This document shows, in pieces, positions 28,081 to 40,009 of a stretch of DNA of 64,000 nt. Location of the stretch: NCBI RefSeq assembly GCF_009914755.1, contig NC_060939.1. One strand, given 5' to 3'. The position numbers and the translations under genes are program-made. This stretch comes from the human T2T-CHM13v2.0 reference genome, Homo sapiens. How positions within the stretch are numbered: the stretch's first letter is position 1; each line of letters opens with the position of its first letter. The notes beneath the pieces are model-generated. The model did no database searches, was not told the DNA's origin, and saw only the letters and a program-made list of their open reading frames with translations.

Positions 28081-28174
28081 TAGAAATCAGCAACTGCTAT
28101 TTGAGTTTACAGGAGTGAGAAGTCCTCTCTTGCATGGTGAGATGGGGAACATTTAATTCAATAGAAATATTTGA

Positions 28175-28496
<322 letters not shown>

Positions 28497-29442
28497 TTAT
28501 TAAGCCAATATAAAGTAAAGAGGTGGGGAATGTTGTAGAAGTATATGTTGATAAAGGGATCAGGTGGTTGTACAATAAGAAGGGGGTTGCAGACATGGAG
28601 AAACAGTTCTTCTAGCTCTTCCACTTTCAGTATCATCTGTGTGGGTCACTGGAATCCTTTTTCACAATGCCTGCTTGCCCATGAGTTTTAAGAACTAGTA
28701 CAGTGTAGAAATGATTAGTAGGAAAAACTTGGCTGGGTTAATTTGCTTTGCTGAGCCGATTCAACTTAAAAAGCGAGGTCCATACTAAGTGCCCAAGAAT
28801 CAAGAAGGAGGCTCACATTTGAACTTGATGTTTAGTTAATGTGAATCATTTTCTGTTGAACTAATGAGAATACAGTGACCTTGAGGGTTAGGTTGTACAT
28901 CTGAATTGTTCGGGCTGTTTCCTGTCTTTTGGATGTTTTGTTTGTATAGATATTTTCATTTTATGTTACATCATTTGTTCTTTGGTAGCAAAAATTGAGT
29001 TGAAATGATACAGTTCCTGAAATCTATGATTTCATGTTTCGGAGATATGTATCAGGAATAATAGTGTGGGTTCTCATGAGAAAATCTGGATTGCATTACT
29101 GTGCTACTTTGGTTTCTTGTCAGAGAAGTTAGTAGTTTAGACCTCCTTCAGAATCCTTTCTTTGGACTTTGTGTTTCTTACGTTGTGCCAGCCTTGATTT
29201 TATTTGTCTGTCCTCTGTCTTTCTATACCATTTGTTTACACTTAACTCTAGAATTTTTTGATGCATGTTTTCAGTGTACTCTAGTCCTAAAATTGGTTTA
29301 CATTTAATTATTGGGGAGAATAGCAAGTTGTCGATAGTATCTGTGGTGGCATTAGTGTATTTCTGTTTCAGTTCTTTGGACAGTTTGCTAGTGGAAATAG
29401 TCATTGTATTTAGCTCTGTGAGACCCGACTGGCAGATTGCTG

Positions 29443-29510
<68 letters not shown>

Positions 29511-29512
29511 CG
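29443..29512 (+). repeat. Compound microsatellite (TC)13(TG)17(CG)5
   Basis: Read directly. Confidence 0.97.
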
Positions 29513-29756
29513 TTTGTTTCCTTCATGTAGATTGCTGTGTGTGTCTTTTTCTTCATAATTCCCCTTAATTCTGTGTGCTTTGAATGACACTGTTGTTGTT
29601 ACTGTTGTTTTATATCCATTGTCACATAAAACTCTTATCATTTATTCTTCCAGGCCAGGGACTGTCCTTATGGGTAGAGATACACTATCTGCAGGAATTT
29701 ATTTTTTTACGTATTTTTACTAGTTGATGGGAAAGACATTGGGAAAGACCTGGGCT

Positions 29757-29823
29757 GGATTTGTGATGAGCTGTGTTTACTGAGCATGATGAAGTAAAGC
29801 TCAACGTGATTACTCTGAAGTCC
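29757..29823 (+). ncRNA. SNORD64: Box C/D snoRNA SNORD64 (HBII-13), orphan
   Basis: C GTGATGA 29763-29769, D' CTGA 29780-29783, C' ATGATGA 29786-29792, D CTGA 29815-29818; flanks GGCTGGATTT and AAGTCCAGCC pair. Confidence 0.95.
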
Positions 29824-30039
29824 AGCCTTACTGTCAGTCTAAGGACTCAGGATACAAATACTCAAAACATAAATTCTTAGACTCTAAATTTCACATGGTT
29901 TTTCCTATCAGTACAGGTTAAGGATAATGGCGTGTTGTAGGTTTTTCCAGTGCAATACAAGGAAGTTGGTTCTAGATCCTTTAGTACAGTTAATGTTTTG
30001 TAGAGTGTGTTCTATGTTCACTGCATTGGTATGTCTCAT

Positions 30040-30270
30040 CTTTGGCATGATCTTGGCTCACCGCAACCTCCGCCTCTTGCATTCAAGCACTTCTTGTCTC
30101 AGCCTCCAGAGTAGCTGGGATTACAAGCATGTGCCAACATGCCCGGCTAATTTTTGTATGCTTTTGTGGAGACAGGCTTTGCCATGTTTGCCAGGTTGGT
30201 CTCTAAGTGATCCACCCGCCTCAGCCCCACAAAGTGCTGGGATTACATGCGTGAGCCACCGTACCCAGCC
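30040..30270 (-). mobile_element. Alu, partial
   Basis: ggcatgatcttggctcaccgcaacctcc...gtgagccaccgtacccagcc. Confidence 0.85.
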
Positions 30271-31494
30271 ACACCTTTGCTTATTTCTACTATGCATTTC
30301 AAGTGATCATTTCAAGAGAATAAGTACTTAGGAGCTCCTATGCTCTTTTTTTTTTTAACCCTGTTGCTTGCATCACCCGGTTCCAACCCTATATGAAAGT
30401 TTCATGAGCATGTTTCTGTCACTGAGGCAGCTTCTCCATTTGGCATATAATTGAGAAATTGCTAGTTTGTGGCTGAGACATTGGTTTGAGAGGAGACGTA
30501 ATTTATATATTTAGCAGAATGCTTAAGTTACATTTCCAGAGATTAATTTAATTCTACTTTTAATTAAGTTAACCCTTTGCTGTATCTTTACAAGACGTAG
30601 GTGGAGATTTAATTTTGACTCTTAGATTCAGTTAAGGTGATGAAATTGGCATTATATAGTTTTTGATGCTGAGCCCCACGGAGATTAAAAGATTTGCTAA
30701 ACACCATGCAATTTTTGAATCACATCTCTAATCTCACATTATTCTGTACTCTATTTTTTGCTTGTATGATTGATGGGTCTTTCATTATCTGTGATTGACA
30801 TTCTATGAGTAGGTGCTTTTGCTTTGCCTATAAGTCGTTATTATGAAGGAGGAATGGTGAATAAGAAGGTAATTTAGAAAAGCCTATATTAAATATACCA
30901 TGAACATTGAATATAGCAAGATCTTATTCTCTAGTTGTTATCTTAGTTGATAAATTCTGTATGTGTTATGTGTTTGTGTATACATATGTACATATTAATG
31001 ATGTGGGTGTTGATACTGTGATCACATGACAAATGACTGGTTTATAGTGAAAAGCTGTTGGGGTTCAGAGAAATGAACATTCTTCTAAAAGTGAGGTAGA
31101 TAAGTTATTTTATAGTTCTTGCCTTTGAGTCTCTGTTCTTCTGGTAGAAATGTTAGTGTATTTATAACCTCTCAGATTTGTTTGGTTCTCTTAGTGTTCT
31201 TGATCCAGGCAGTTAGCGATATGTTGGATGAATTGAGAAAAATGAGTTTTTCCTTTCCTACTAACTGAATTAGATTAGAAATAAGCAGTTAAGTGAGAAA
31301 AATAGGGAATTAGTGCCAGATATGTTGAGGTGTAGTGTTGACAGGGGGTCTTTTACCTTCAGATGTTTGGTGCAACTTAGAGAATGCAGTGGTAGTTGCT
31401 GGCCCAGCCCATCCAAACAACCTCATTTGTGGGGTGATACTTCACAGATGACTTAAAATAAATCCCCTGAAAATAAGAATCTCTGGAAGAGATG

Positions 31495-31554
31495 ACACGT
31501 GTATGTGCGTGTGTGCACGTGTGTGCGTGTGTGCACGTGTGTGTGTGTGTGTGT
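31495..31554 (+). repeat. GT-rich alternating purine/pyrimidine tract (60 bp)
   Basis: acacgtgtatgtgcgtgtgtgcacgtgtgtgcgtgtgtgcac(gt)n. Confidence 0.95.
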
Positions 31555-31580
31555 TTTGGTGGAGTGGTAGGAGGAGGGTT

Positions 31581-31652
31581 GGCTTAATGATGAGAATCAT
31601 TATTTCTTGAATTGGATGACACTTTCCATTCCTGCAAAGGGAGCGTGAGGTC
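31581..31652 (+). ncRNA. SNORD108: Box C/D snoRNA SNORD108 (HBII-437), orphan, variant D box
   Basis: C ATGATGA 31587-31593, D'-like TTGA 31607-31610, C'-like TGGATGA 31613-31619, D-like GTGA 31645-31648; flanks AGGGTTGG and CCAGCCTT pair. Ends approximate. Confidence 0.88.
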
Positions 31653-32134
31653 CAGCCTTGCTAATTCATGATCAAAGTAATTTGCTGAGAGTAGTGGAAG
31701 GAATGAGTTAGCAGAAGATGGCAAATTGCATTAATGAGTAGTAGGAGGAAAACAAATAAGCAAATTTTAATGTGGTTGGAACATGTTCCTGAGTTGTATG
31801 AAGGGAGACAGGTAAATTGAGAGTAATGTTATGATTGTTTCATTTGTTGGAAATAAGGAAAACTTGCATGGTTTGAATTGTGGAACAATAGGTGGTGTAT
31901 GTTAGGAGTCAGAATTATCATTTAACATGTAAGTTTCTGTTTTACTTCAGATAAAGAATGTCAGCTACCTTTCCCATGTTAGCTTCTATACCTTTTCTTG
32001 AGGTGACCATAAATAGGTAATATTGTCTTTCACTGAGATTGTTTTAATTAGCGAAGTGTGCTGATTAAATGTCTTTTCTTGATAAATTATTAGAATGAAT
32101 AAAGGATGGTATTTCTAGATAGCCTTGGTTAGTC

Positions 32135-32300
32135 AGTGATTTGTTTAAATTTAGTGTGGATAAGAATCACCTGAGGGCTTTTTAAACACAGTTTACTGGG
32201 TCCTGACCTTAGTGTTTCTGGCTTATTAGGTATAAGTATGAGAAGTTGATTTTTATCAAGTTTCTAGATGCTACAGATCTAGGAACCATACTTAGAGTGC
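32135..32300. mobile_element. MER5A-like hAT MITE
   Basis: agaatcacctgagggctttttaaacacag...accatacttagag motifs. Confidence 0.55.
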
Positions 32301-35300
32301 TATTATATGTCTTTTAATGTACACTGATATGGAAAAAGCAATGATACATCATGTTATCGCATATTTTAAAATGTGATCATGACCAGGGAATCTTGAAAGT
32401 TGTCTTATGTAATAATGTAAATCAATGTAGAATACCATATATTTTTTTCTTGCAAGGTTATTATTAATAGGAATGACTATTTGTAGCCAATGTGTTCAAA
32501 TGCATGGGAGGACGTAAACACTTCATAATTTCCTGGAAATACAGACATATATCACTTAAAATAATACATTTCTAATATAAATTTAAATTATCTACGTGAT
32601 ATGAGGAAACGAGCTTATTTTTGATAATTTTCCTAGCAGTGAATCAACTATACTCATTTGAATCTAAATTAAATTAAATTTGAGTAAATTCAGCCATTTC
32701 TAAATTCAGTCCATATAAATTCACTTTGGGTAAAAGAAGACAAAATTCCTGAAAACAGTAGATTAAAAAAATAACATTTTAAGAGCAGGTATGATCTCAA
32801 TGAATATAGTGTGGTAATTTCTGCCTAATACCTACCCTTTTGGAGGAAGGAAAGGTAATCCTGTTTGTGTTTAATGTTAATTACTGAACTCTTTATAACT
32901 TGTTTTATTTATTTATTGTTTGATTTTAAGCATCTGCTTCTGGTGGACTTACATATGTTGGGTTTGGGAAATTTCAACATACAGGTTGGCATTCCAGTGG
33001 CTATAGTTGTTTCTTGAAATTTAGTACTGTTTTCCAATGATGATTCTCTTTGGGAATAGGCTGTTCTCTTTTACTTAAAAACTGTAAAATTAGCCACTTC
33101 AGTTGAGACTCCTCCAGGTTTGGAAGTGGTGAAGAATATGGATATATTCAGATCAAATCAGTCATTCTCTGTGATACAGCAACTGAACAAGAAACCCAGA
33201 CTTCAAACAAGCAGACTTCTTTGGGTTGGACTGAATAAAATGAGAAGAAATTACAGAGGATTTGAAAATGTATATGGCCTAGGAATTATTGAAATTATTT
33301 TGGAGGGTGGCAACAAATTTGGGACATTGTACTTTCTGTTTTAATGTCAATTGTATAATGTGTAACTCTAGTGAGCATGGCTGGATACCGTGGCTTCACA
33401 TTTTAGGTAGACTGGGTGTTTTATCTACTGAGTGAATTACAGCCTTCGGCAATGATGTCAAGGTAGCAACAAAACCCAAAAAATCCATCCTTTAGAAATT
33501 GTTTTAAGTCACAATGATGATACCTTCTTTAAAAGCTTTGACTTACTGAAATAATGCTTTTCATTTGTCCAAGATGAGTACATAGCAGAATTTGGAAATA
33601 TGGTTCCAAAAGGCTAAATAGACTGACTTTTTTGATATTTTTCCCTTATAGGGAGAAAGAAACATTAACGGTTTATCAGATGCCTTGACTGTACTTTTTA
33701 CTGCTTTGTCTTCAAGGCCTAGTGTAATAATTAACATCTAGTATGTGTTTGATGGATAGCCAATTTTTGCTTCATTGGTATGTTGTTACCACAGTCATTG
33801 GTAGAGTCAATATATGAATGAAGAAAGTATAACAAATTTGCCCTCTAGTAGAGTACAGGCAAAGTATGGCCGTCAGTTTCACCCTGATTTTTTTTCCTCC
33901 ATTCTTTTTTAGGGTTTAGGTCAAGAACAAGGGCATTTCATTGTACCACATAGCTGAGAGTAGGGAATTGGGACATACTGTCTTGCTTTAAATTAAAGTT
34001 GTCTGTTTCATCAAGTAGAGAGGTTCCTAAGATATTGCCAGATTTCTGACTCGGGGTTTGTTAAAAATAGAAAAGGTAGTTCCTTAAGGTTGTATTTTAT
34101 TGGATGCCTCCACCTGCTTCAGGCTAGCTCACTGGAGAATAAATATTCCAGGTTAAAAAAAAAAAAGCATGTGTTCACGTGAACTTGTCCTTTGAGCAAA
34201 CCTGTTGGAAATCAAGAGGTCATTGCTGTTGGAGAGGATAAGAGGGTGTACTTGTTGGTGTGTTAAGAGTAGTTCACAACATAAAAATAAATGTAAATGC
34301 ATCTATTATATTTGGGTTGGCAAAATATATTGGTTATTTACTCTGTTGATTCCTGTAGTGTACATAAATATGATCTACAACTCTGTGAACAAAAAGGCTT
34401 GAAAAATTGTTCTGAAAATGGACAAATCATGAACAGATAATTGAACAAGAAAATAAGCAGAAAGTAAATTTGTGAAATATTTCAAACTCATTTACATTCA
34501 GAAACATCTTTTTAAGATCACTGTGATACATTCGACTGTCAATTCTGAAGAGACGTATAAAGGAAATGCCAGCTAAGGAGCAAGGAAACAGCTTTCATTC
34601 ATGGGCTAAATTGCAGCTTAAAAAAGATGGACCAGGATTATTTCCTTTAGAAACTTACTGTACAAAAGATACTGTTCACCCCATTAGAGAACTGATTTGA
34701 AGTTACTCTTCCCTGTGAGGGCTCTGTCATCTTAACTGTATTCACATACTTTCAACTGTTCCCCTTGCTGCTAACCTCAGGTTCTTTAGTTCATCTATCT
34801 GGCAGAGCTGATTTGGGGAAAACAAGACAAACCTTCTCAGGTTTTCTTAATAAATAAGCAGTTGTCATGTTTCAAGAGTTTTAGAAATGAGCAATAATCA
34901 AGGAAGAGGACAACGATTGCATACGTTTATAATATTTAGAACATCTTTTGCCACAATAAACACTGGAAACCACCCACTTGTGGACACCAAACATTTGGAT
35001 TTGTATATTTTGTGGCATTCCCTCACTCTAATCCTCTCATCCTTAAAAATTTTCAGAAATTTTTGCAGCAACAAACACTGATTGCAACATATGATTTAGG
35101 GTAGATTTATGAACCATTTTTTCACTGAAATACATCAACAGGAGTGAGTAGTCTGAGTGACCACCCCAGCATGGAGAAAACTGTAGTTTACAGATTCTTC
35201 TGGAGCATTTTTATTTCTAGATTGCGGTGGAAGTCTAACCCCCCTTGGAGATGTCTGCCTTAAAGGGTCTTTGGCCAGGGTCCTCTGTAGAGCCATAGTC

Positions 35301-38300
35301 CAGATCTACTCTATTTGTGTGCTCCTTACAACATCAGAACAGCAACTCTCAATCCGGATTCATCCCCAGAATGCCGTCTGAGTCACAGCGTGGCAGGTGC
35401 ATAAAGAATTATCTACTGAATTGAGAAACATTTCAAATATATAAAACTTGAAATATTTTGGGTAGTCTGTACAAACTCAAGTTGACAAGCCAACCCTGCA
35501 GGAATATATGGATAGAAGGGGAAGGATAACATGTTGAATTCAGCTACATGCCTCATCAGCTAGAAAACCTTGGAAGAAAGAAAGATAGATTGATACTTGC
35601 CTGAACTTCATCAACCAATAATATTTTTTTTCTTGCTATGGAGAGTCCACTCGCCTTTGGAAGATTTACCAGTAAAAGCCCTGCACATGATATACTTGTG
35701 TGCACATGCAATAAGGACATCATTCCCCAACTCCTGCTAGCATTGTGAAAGAGCTCCAAATATTCAAATAATATAAACTTTTTTTCGTGGACATTTAGCT
35801 TACGAGTTTGTTTAAATATGTGGGAAAATTATGTTTAGATAATAGTATTGAAATGAGAATGTAAGATACACATTGAATGATAAATGTGTATGAATTGTTC
35901 ATTGTGCCTTAGGTAAGCCAGACAGTGAAATTAAATGTGTAATAGTTGTATTTTTTTGCATAATCTTGGAATGTAATTAGTTAAAAGCAAACACTTAGAT
36001 TTTGAACATGAATCTGTTAAGCTTGTTAATGTAGTTGCTGTGGCTAAATAACTGGTTTCCTGGGGAAGCTTCTATTTGCTAGAATTTTATTCTGGAACAG
36101 TTGTTAGAAAGGAATTCTCAGGTCACCTTTTAAAGATATACACAATTCTGTATTCACTTTTTGAGTGCATAAGGGTAATAGAAAATGACATGGGAAGCGT
36201 TAATTAGAAAAAAAGGCATTTTGTTTATGTGCATTTGAGGATACAGTGTTTGAAGTTTCTAAATAATTGTTTTATGACATTTTCTTGGTACATAGATATT
36301 GCTAACAATTAGTTTGCTGAAGTATGTAGAAACATTTTAAGAAATGATTTTAGAAATATAATTGTTAAAGTACCTCTGATGTATATTAAAAATCCTTTTA
36401 TTTTGGTTTATATTGCTATGGATGTTTTTCTGGGGGAACTTAATGTATACAACTTCTAACTAAGAAGTTTTATTAATGCTGCTTTATGTATGAAAGTCAT
36501 GGATGTGGATGTTATTTTGTCAGTGGTCTTTCTGTTAAAATTTACGTGGTGTAAGATTTTCTTTTCATGATGGAATTGCCAAAAAGGCCAGCCTCTAGAA
36601 CACTTACATGTTAAGGGTTGGGTGGGATTTGTATTACTTTGTGTATATAACCGACAGGATTGTGTTACTGAATCTTAACCAGCATAGAGATGGCTGACAT
36701 TTTGCATTTTGGGGGACATTAAATTGTTACACAATGATGTCATTGGTTACTGATAGGAGTGTTTAGACTCTTAGATGGCTTTGTTAGTATTAGGCAAATA
36801 TTAGATGTGGATTTAGGAGATAAGAGGGTGGGGTGTTGGAGCCCTGTGTGCACATGAGCATATGTTGCAGGGCCTCCAGACCTAAATCCACGTGAAGATG
36901 GTGGTGGTGGTCTTACCTATATGTTAACATTACATTGTAAACAGGTAGACTACTTTCCTTTTGCTAGTGGGAGTGTTAAATCACCTCTCAGAACATTAAT
37001 TCATTAAATTGCCCCTAAACATTAATTGATTGCTGGTGGATATGCTAAATATTTTTAACATCTATTTTTCTAAATGTATAGATGTCATTTTTAATTCATA
37101 GGGGATAGAACCAGTTTTGCTTGCAAAAAGCAAACTGTTCACTGGATCATTGGGCTTAATTTTTAGGTTGTGGTAGATATAATAGAAATGTTCTTACAAT
37201 TTGTAGTATAATACTGTATATCTCTATAAATATATATGTGACTGTTTTTCTGATAGATGCAACATGGTGGAAATGTCATCATAAATGTCGGTCTGCCTTT
37301 GTTTATAGTTTTCAGATGTGTATATGCAGTTTTTTATACAACAGAAAAATTGCCACATGAGTCAAATAGCATAGGTTAGAAAAGTTCTCATTTGCCAAAA
37401 ATATGTGACTTTCATAATAGTGAGTTGTTTTTGATTTAAAATGTTTCTATCTGTAGAGGCATTTTATAAGTTTTTATGGGGATACTAGCAATGGGATGTG
37501 AAACCTGAGTTCATTAGATCATTGGGTGATAATGGAACCCTTATGTGTATACAATATACATGGTTATATGTTTTTTAAAGCATAGGAGCTATTATGTCTG
37601 CATGGTTCTAAATATATATACACACACGTAAACACATATCTATATATCTATCTATATAGATAGATAGATAAATACATACATATGTAGTGAAAGCTTTTGT
37701 TTCCTCCCTCACATAGGCAGATTATTTGTGTGTGTAAATGAGCAGCTGAAGGGGAATTTTGTTACATGTGTATAAGACAGTCACAATATATAATTGTTTT
37801 GCTTTAATTGTTTAGTCTTTGATTTGTAGGAATTGCCAACACGTATATTTGTGTGTATGCAGGTTTATATATAAATACATATCACTGTATAAACAACATT
37901 TATTGTCATAGGATAGAAATATTCTTAAGTTGCCAGAGATACTGTATGGCTGCTAAATGTATAGTAGAAAAATGTTACCTTTTGCTTTTTAGCATCTGCA
38001 TACAGATTACTAATAGGCGTATATTGTGACCAGTAAACCACTAGACAAGGGCATAAACACTTTAGTTTGATCAGTAGAATTGCTATGCCATGTTTAAATG
38101 GGATTTATTTGGTTGATGCAGAATATATAATTGTATCTAGAAGATAAATATTACAAAAATATTTTAATATACAATTTCTGTCATATTTTTGGAAATATAT
38201 TTTTATTCAAAAGTAGAATCATTGTTGCCAATAGAGTTAGCATCTTTGTGTGCTTGTGAGGTTTGATTTTGAGGGTTTTCTTGGTTTTGTTTTGGGTTCT

Positions 38301-39013
38301 GGAGTTCTAAAAAATGAGATTGTCTTTGTCTAAACAATTTTTATATAAAAATGTACATTTTTGTATTATTTTTTCTTATTCCAACCTAATCGGTGGCTTG
38401 TCCCTTCCTGTGTTTATTGGGCTGTTGGGTGCCTGGATAGAGCTGGAGACCATTTAACTGCTGTATGAATAATAGATAAGCGTCTTGAATAACATCTGAA
38501 TTTCCTAGGTATGTAGAAACACCCACCATGCACATATATGAACATACAGAATATATGAATGTTAAAATATGGTGAAAACAATCTTTTGCTAATAGAAGTG
38601 TTAACCTTTATTTTTAAAAAAAATTTGGTGTGTATGTAGAGGTTTATTTGATTGTTAGTTGTGTCCATGTATAATATGTCATCTACCTTTACAGATGTGC
38701 AGAAATTTGTTGTATTTGGTGGATATATTTTACTTAAAACTATAGGGCAGAAGCTTTTTATGTTTGTTGAAGTGAAATGGCATACCAAACCTGTGTGGTA
38801 GAGTGGGATTTTTAGATTGCTGTGTGTACAGTCAGGTTATATCTTTAAAATACCTATTCGTTATATATTAATATGTAGACATTGCTGATACATATGTATG
38901 TAAAAATCAGAGTATTTTTATTAATATAGGCATTAGCTTCTTGATTCACTTGTTTGTTGGGAAGCACTTGGAGAAGGATGTTGAATACTTTGTCATTTCA
39001 TCTCTGTGACGTA

Positions 39014-39227
39014 CAGTTGTCATGTCAACCCTCCTATCTGCGGGTTTTGCATCTGCAAGCACATGCAGCTGGAAAGTACAGCATTGGCAGAATCTGAAAC
39101 CCGAGTAAAGAGCACCTCATTTTCATAACCATGGGTTCTGAAGAGCTAAGGGAGTTGAGGATGCACCGATTTTGGTATGGGGGTACGGTACAGGTACAAA
39201 TCCCCGATGGATATCACTAGACAACTG
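39014..39227. mobile_element. MER2-like Tigger MITE
   Basis: TA|CAGTTGTC ... GACAACTG|TA terminal inverted repeats with TA target duplication. Confidence 0.75.
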
Positions 39228-39692
39228 TACAATCCTCTTTAGCTTTTTTTTTGTTTTATAGACAGTGTGGACGTGCATATATTGCAAGCATCACTTTGTT
39301 AAACTATGCTTAACCCTGCAAATGATTTTAAGAGCTCTGTGTGGGTGGCTTTCTTGGGTTTACTATTAAATATCTGTGTTTATCATAGTTGTTCTATAAC
39401 ATTTCAACTTTGTAAATATGTAGTTTGTTGATAAAGAGGATAGAGACATTTTTCTTTTGTTGATAGATTGTTCTTTCCCCTTTGCTTAGTCTTCATTGTG
39501 TTGCTGGGATTGTAAAAGACAAATTACTTGCACATATTTAAGCTTATATATTAAATGTATATATGCTGTCATGTTAGAGAGGGAGAGTGGTTCCCTCCCC
39601 CACATTTTGATTTAAAAGTAAAAATTAATTTTTATTAAATTGTTTGGGTCAGTTTCATGTAAGAATAATCTCTACATTGAATGGTATATCTT

Positions 39693-39982
39693 GGCCGGGT
39701 GCGGAGGCTCACGCCTGTAATCCCAGCACTTTGGGAGGCCGAAGGGGCCAGATCACGAGGTCAGGAGTTCGAAACCAGCCTGGCCAATATGGTGAAACCC
39801 CGTCTCTACTAAAAATACAAAAACTAGCCGGCCGTGGTAGTGCACATCTGTAATCCCAGCTACTCGGCAGTCTGAGGCAGAAGAATAGCTTGAACCCAGG
39901 AGGCAGAAGTTGCAGTGAGCCAAGATCGCGCCACTGCACTCCAGCCTGGGCGACAGAGTGAGACTCCCTCTCAAAAAAAAAA
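39693..39982 (+). mobile_element. AluS (Sg-like)
   Basis: Full Alu, TSD AA(T/A)GGTATATCTT. Confidence 0.92.
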
Positions 39983-40009
39983 AGGTATATCTTATTTTCT
40001 TTGATGTAC

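Noticed and set aside
29129-29641. 170-aa minus-strand ORF, the longest in the track
   Set aside because: Held open by the (TC)(TG)(CG) microsatellite, which gives HTHT/RERE runs.
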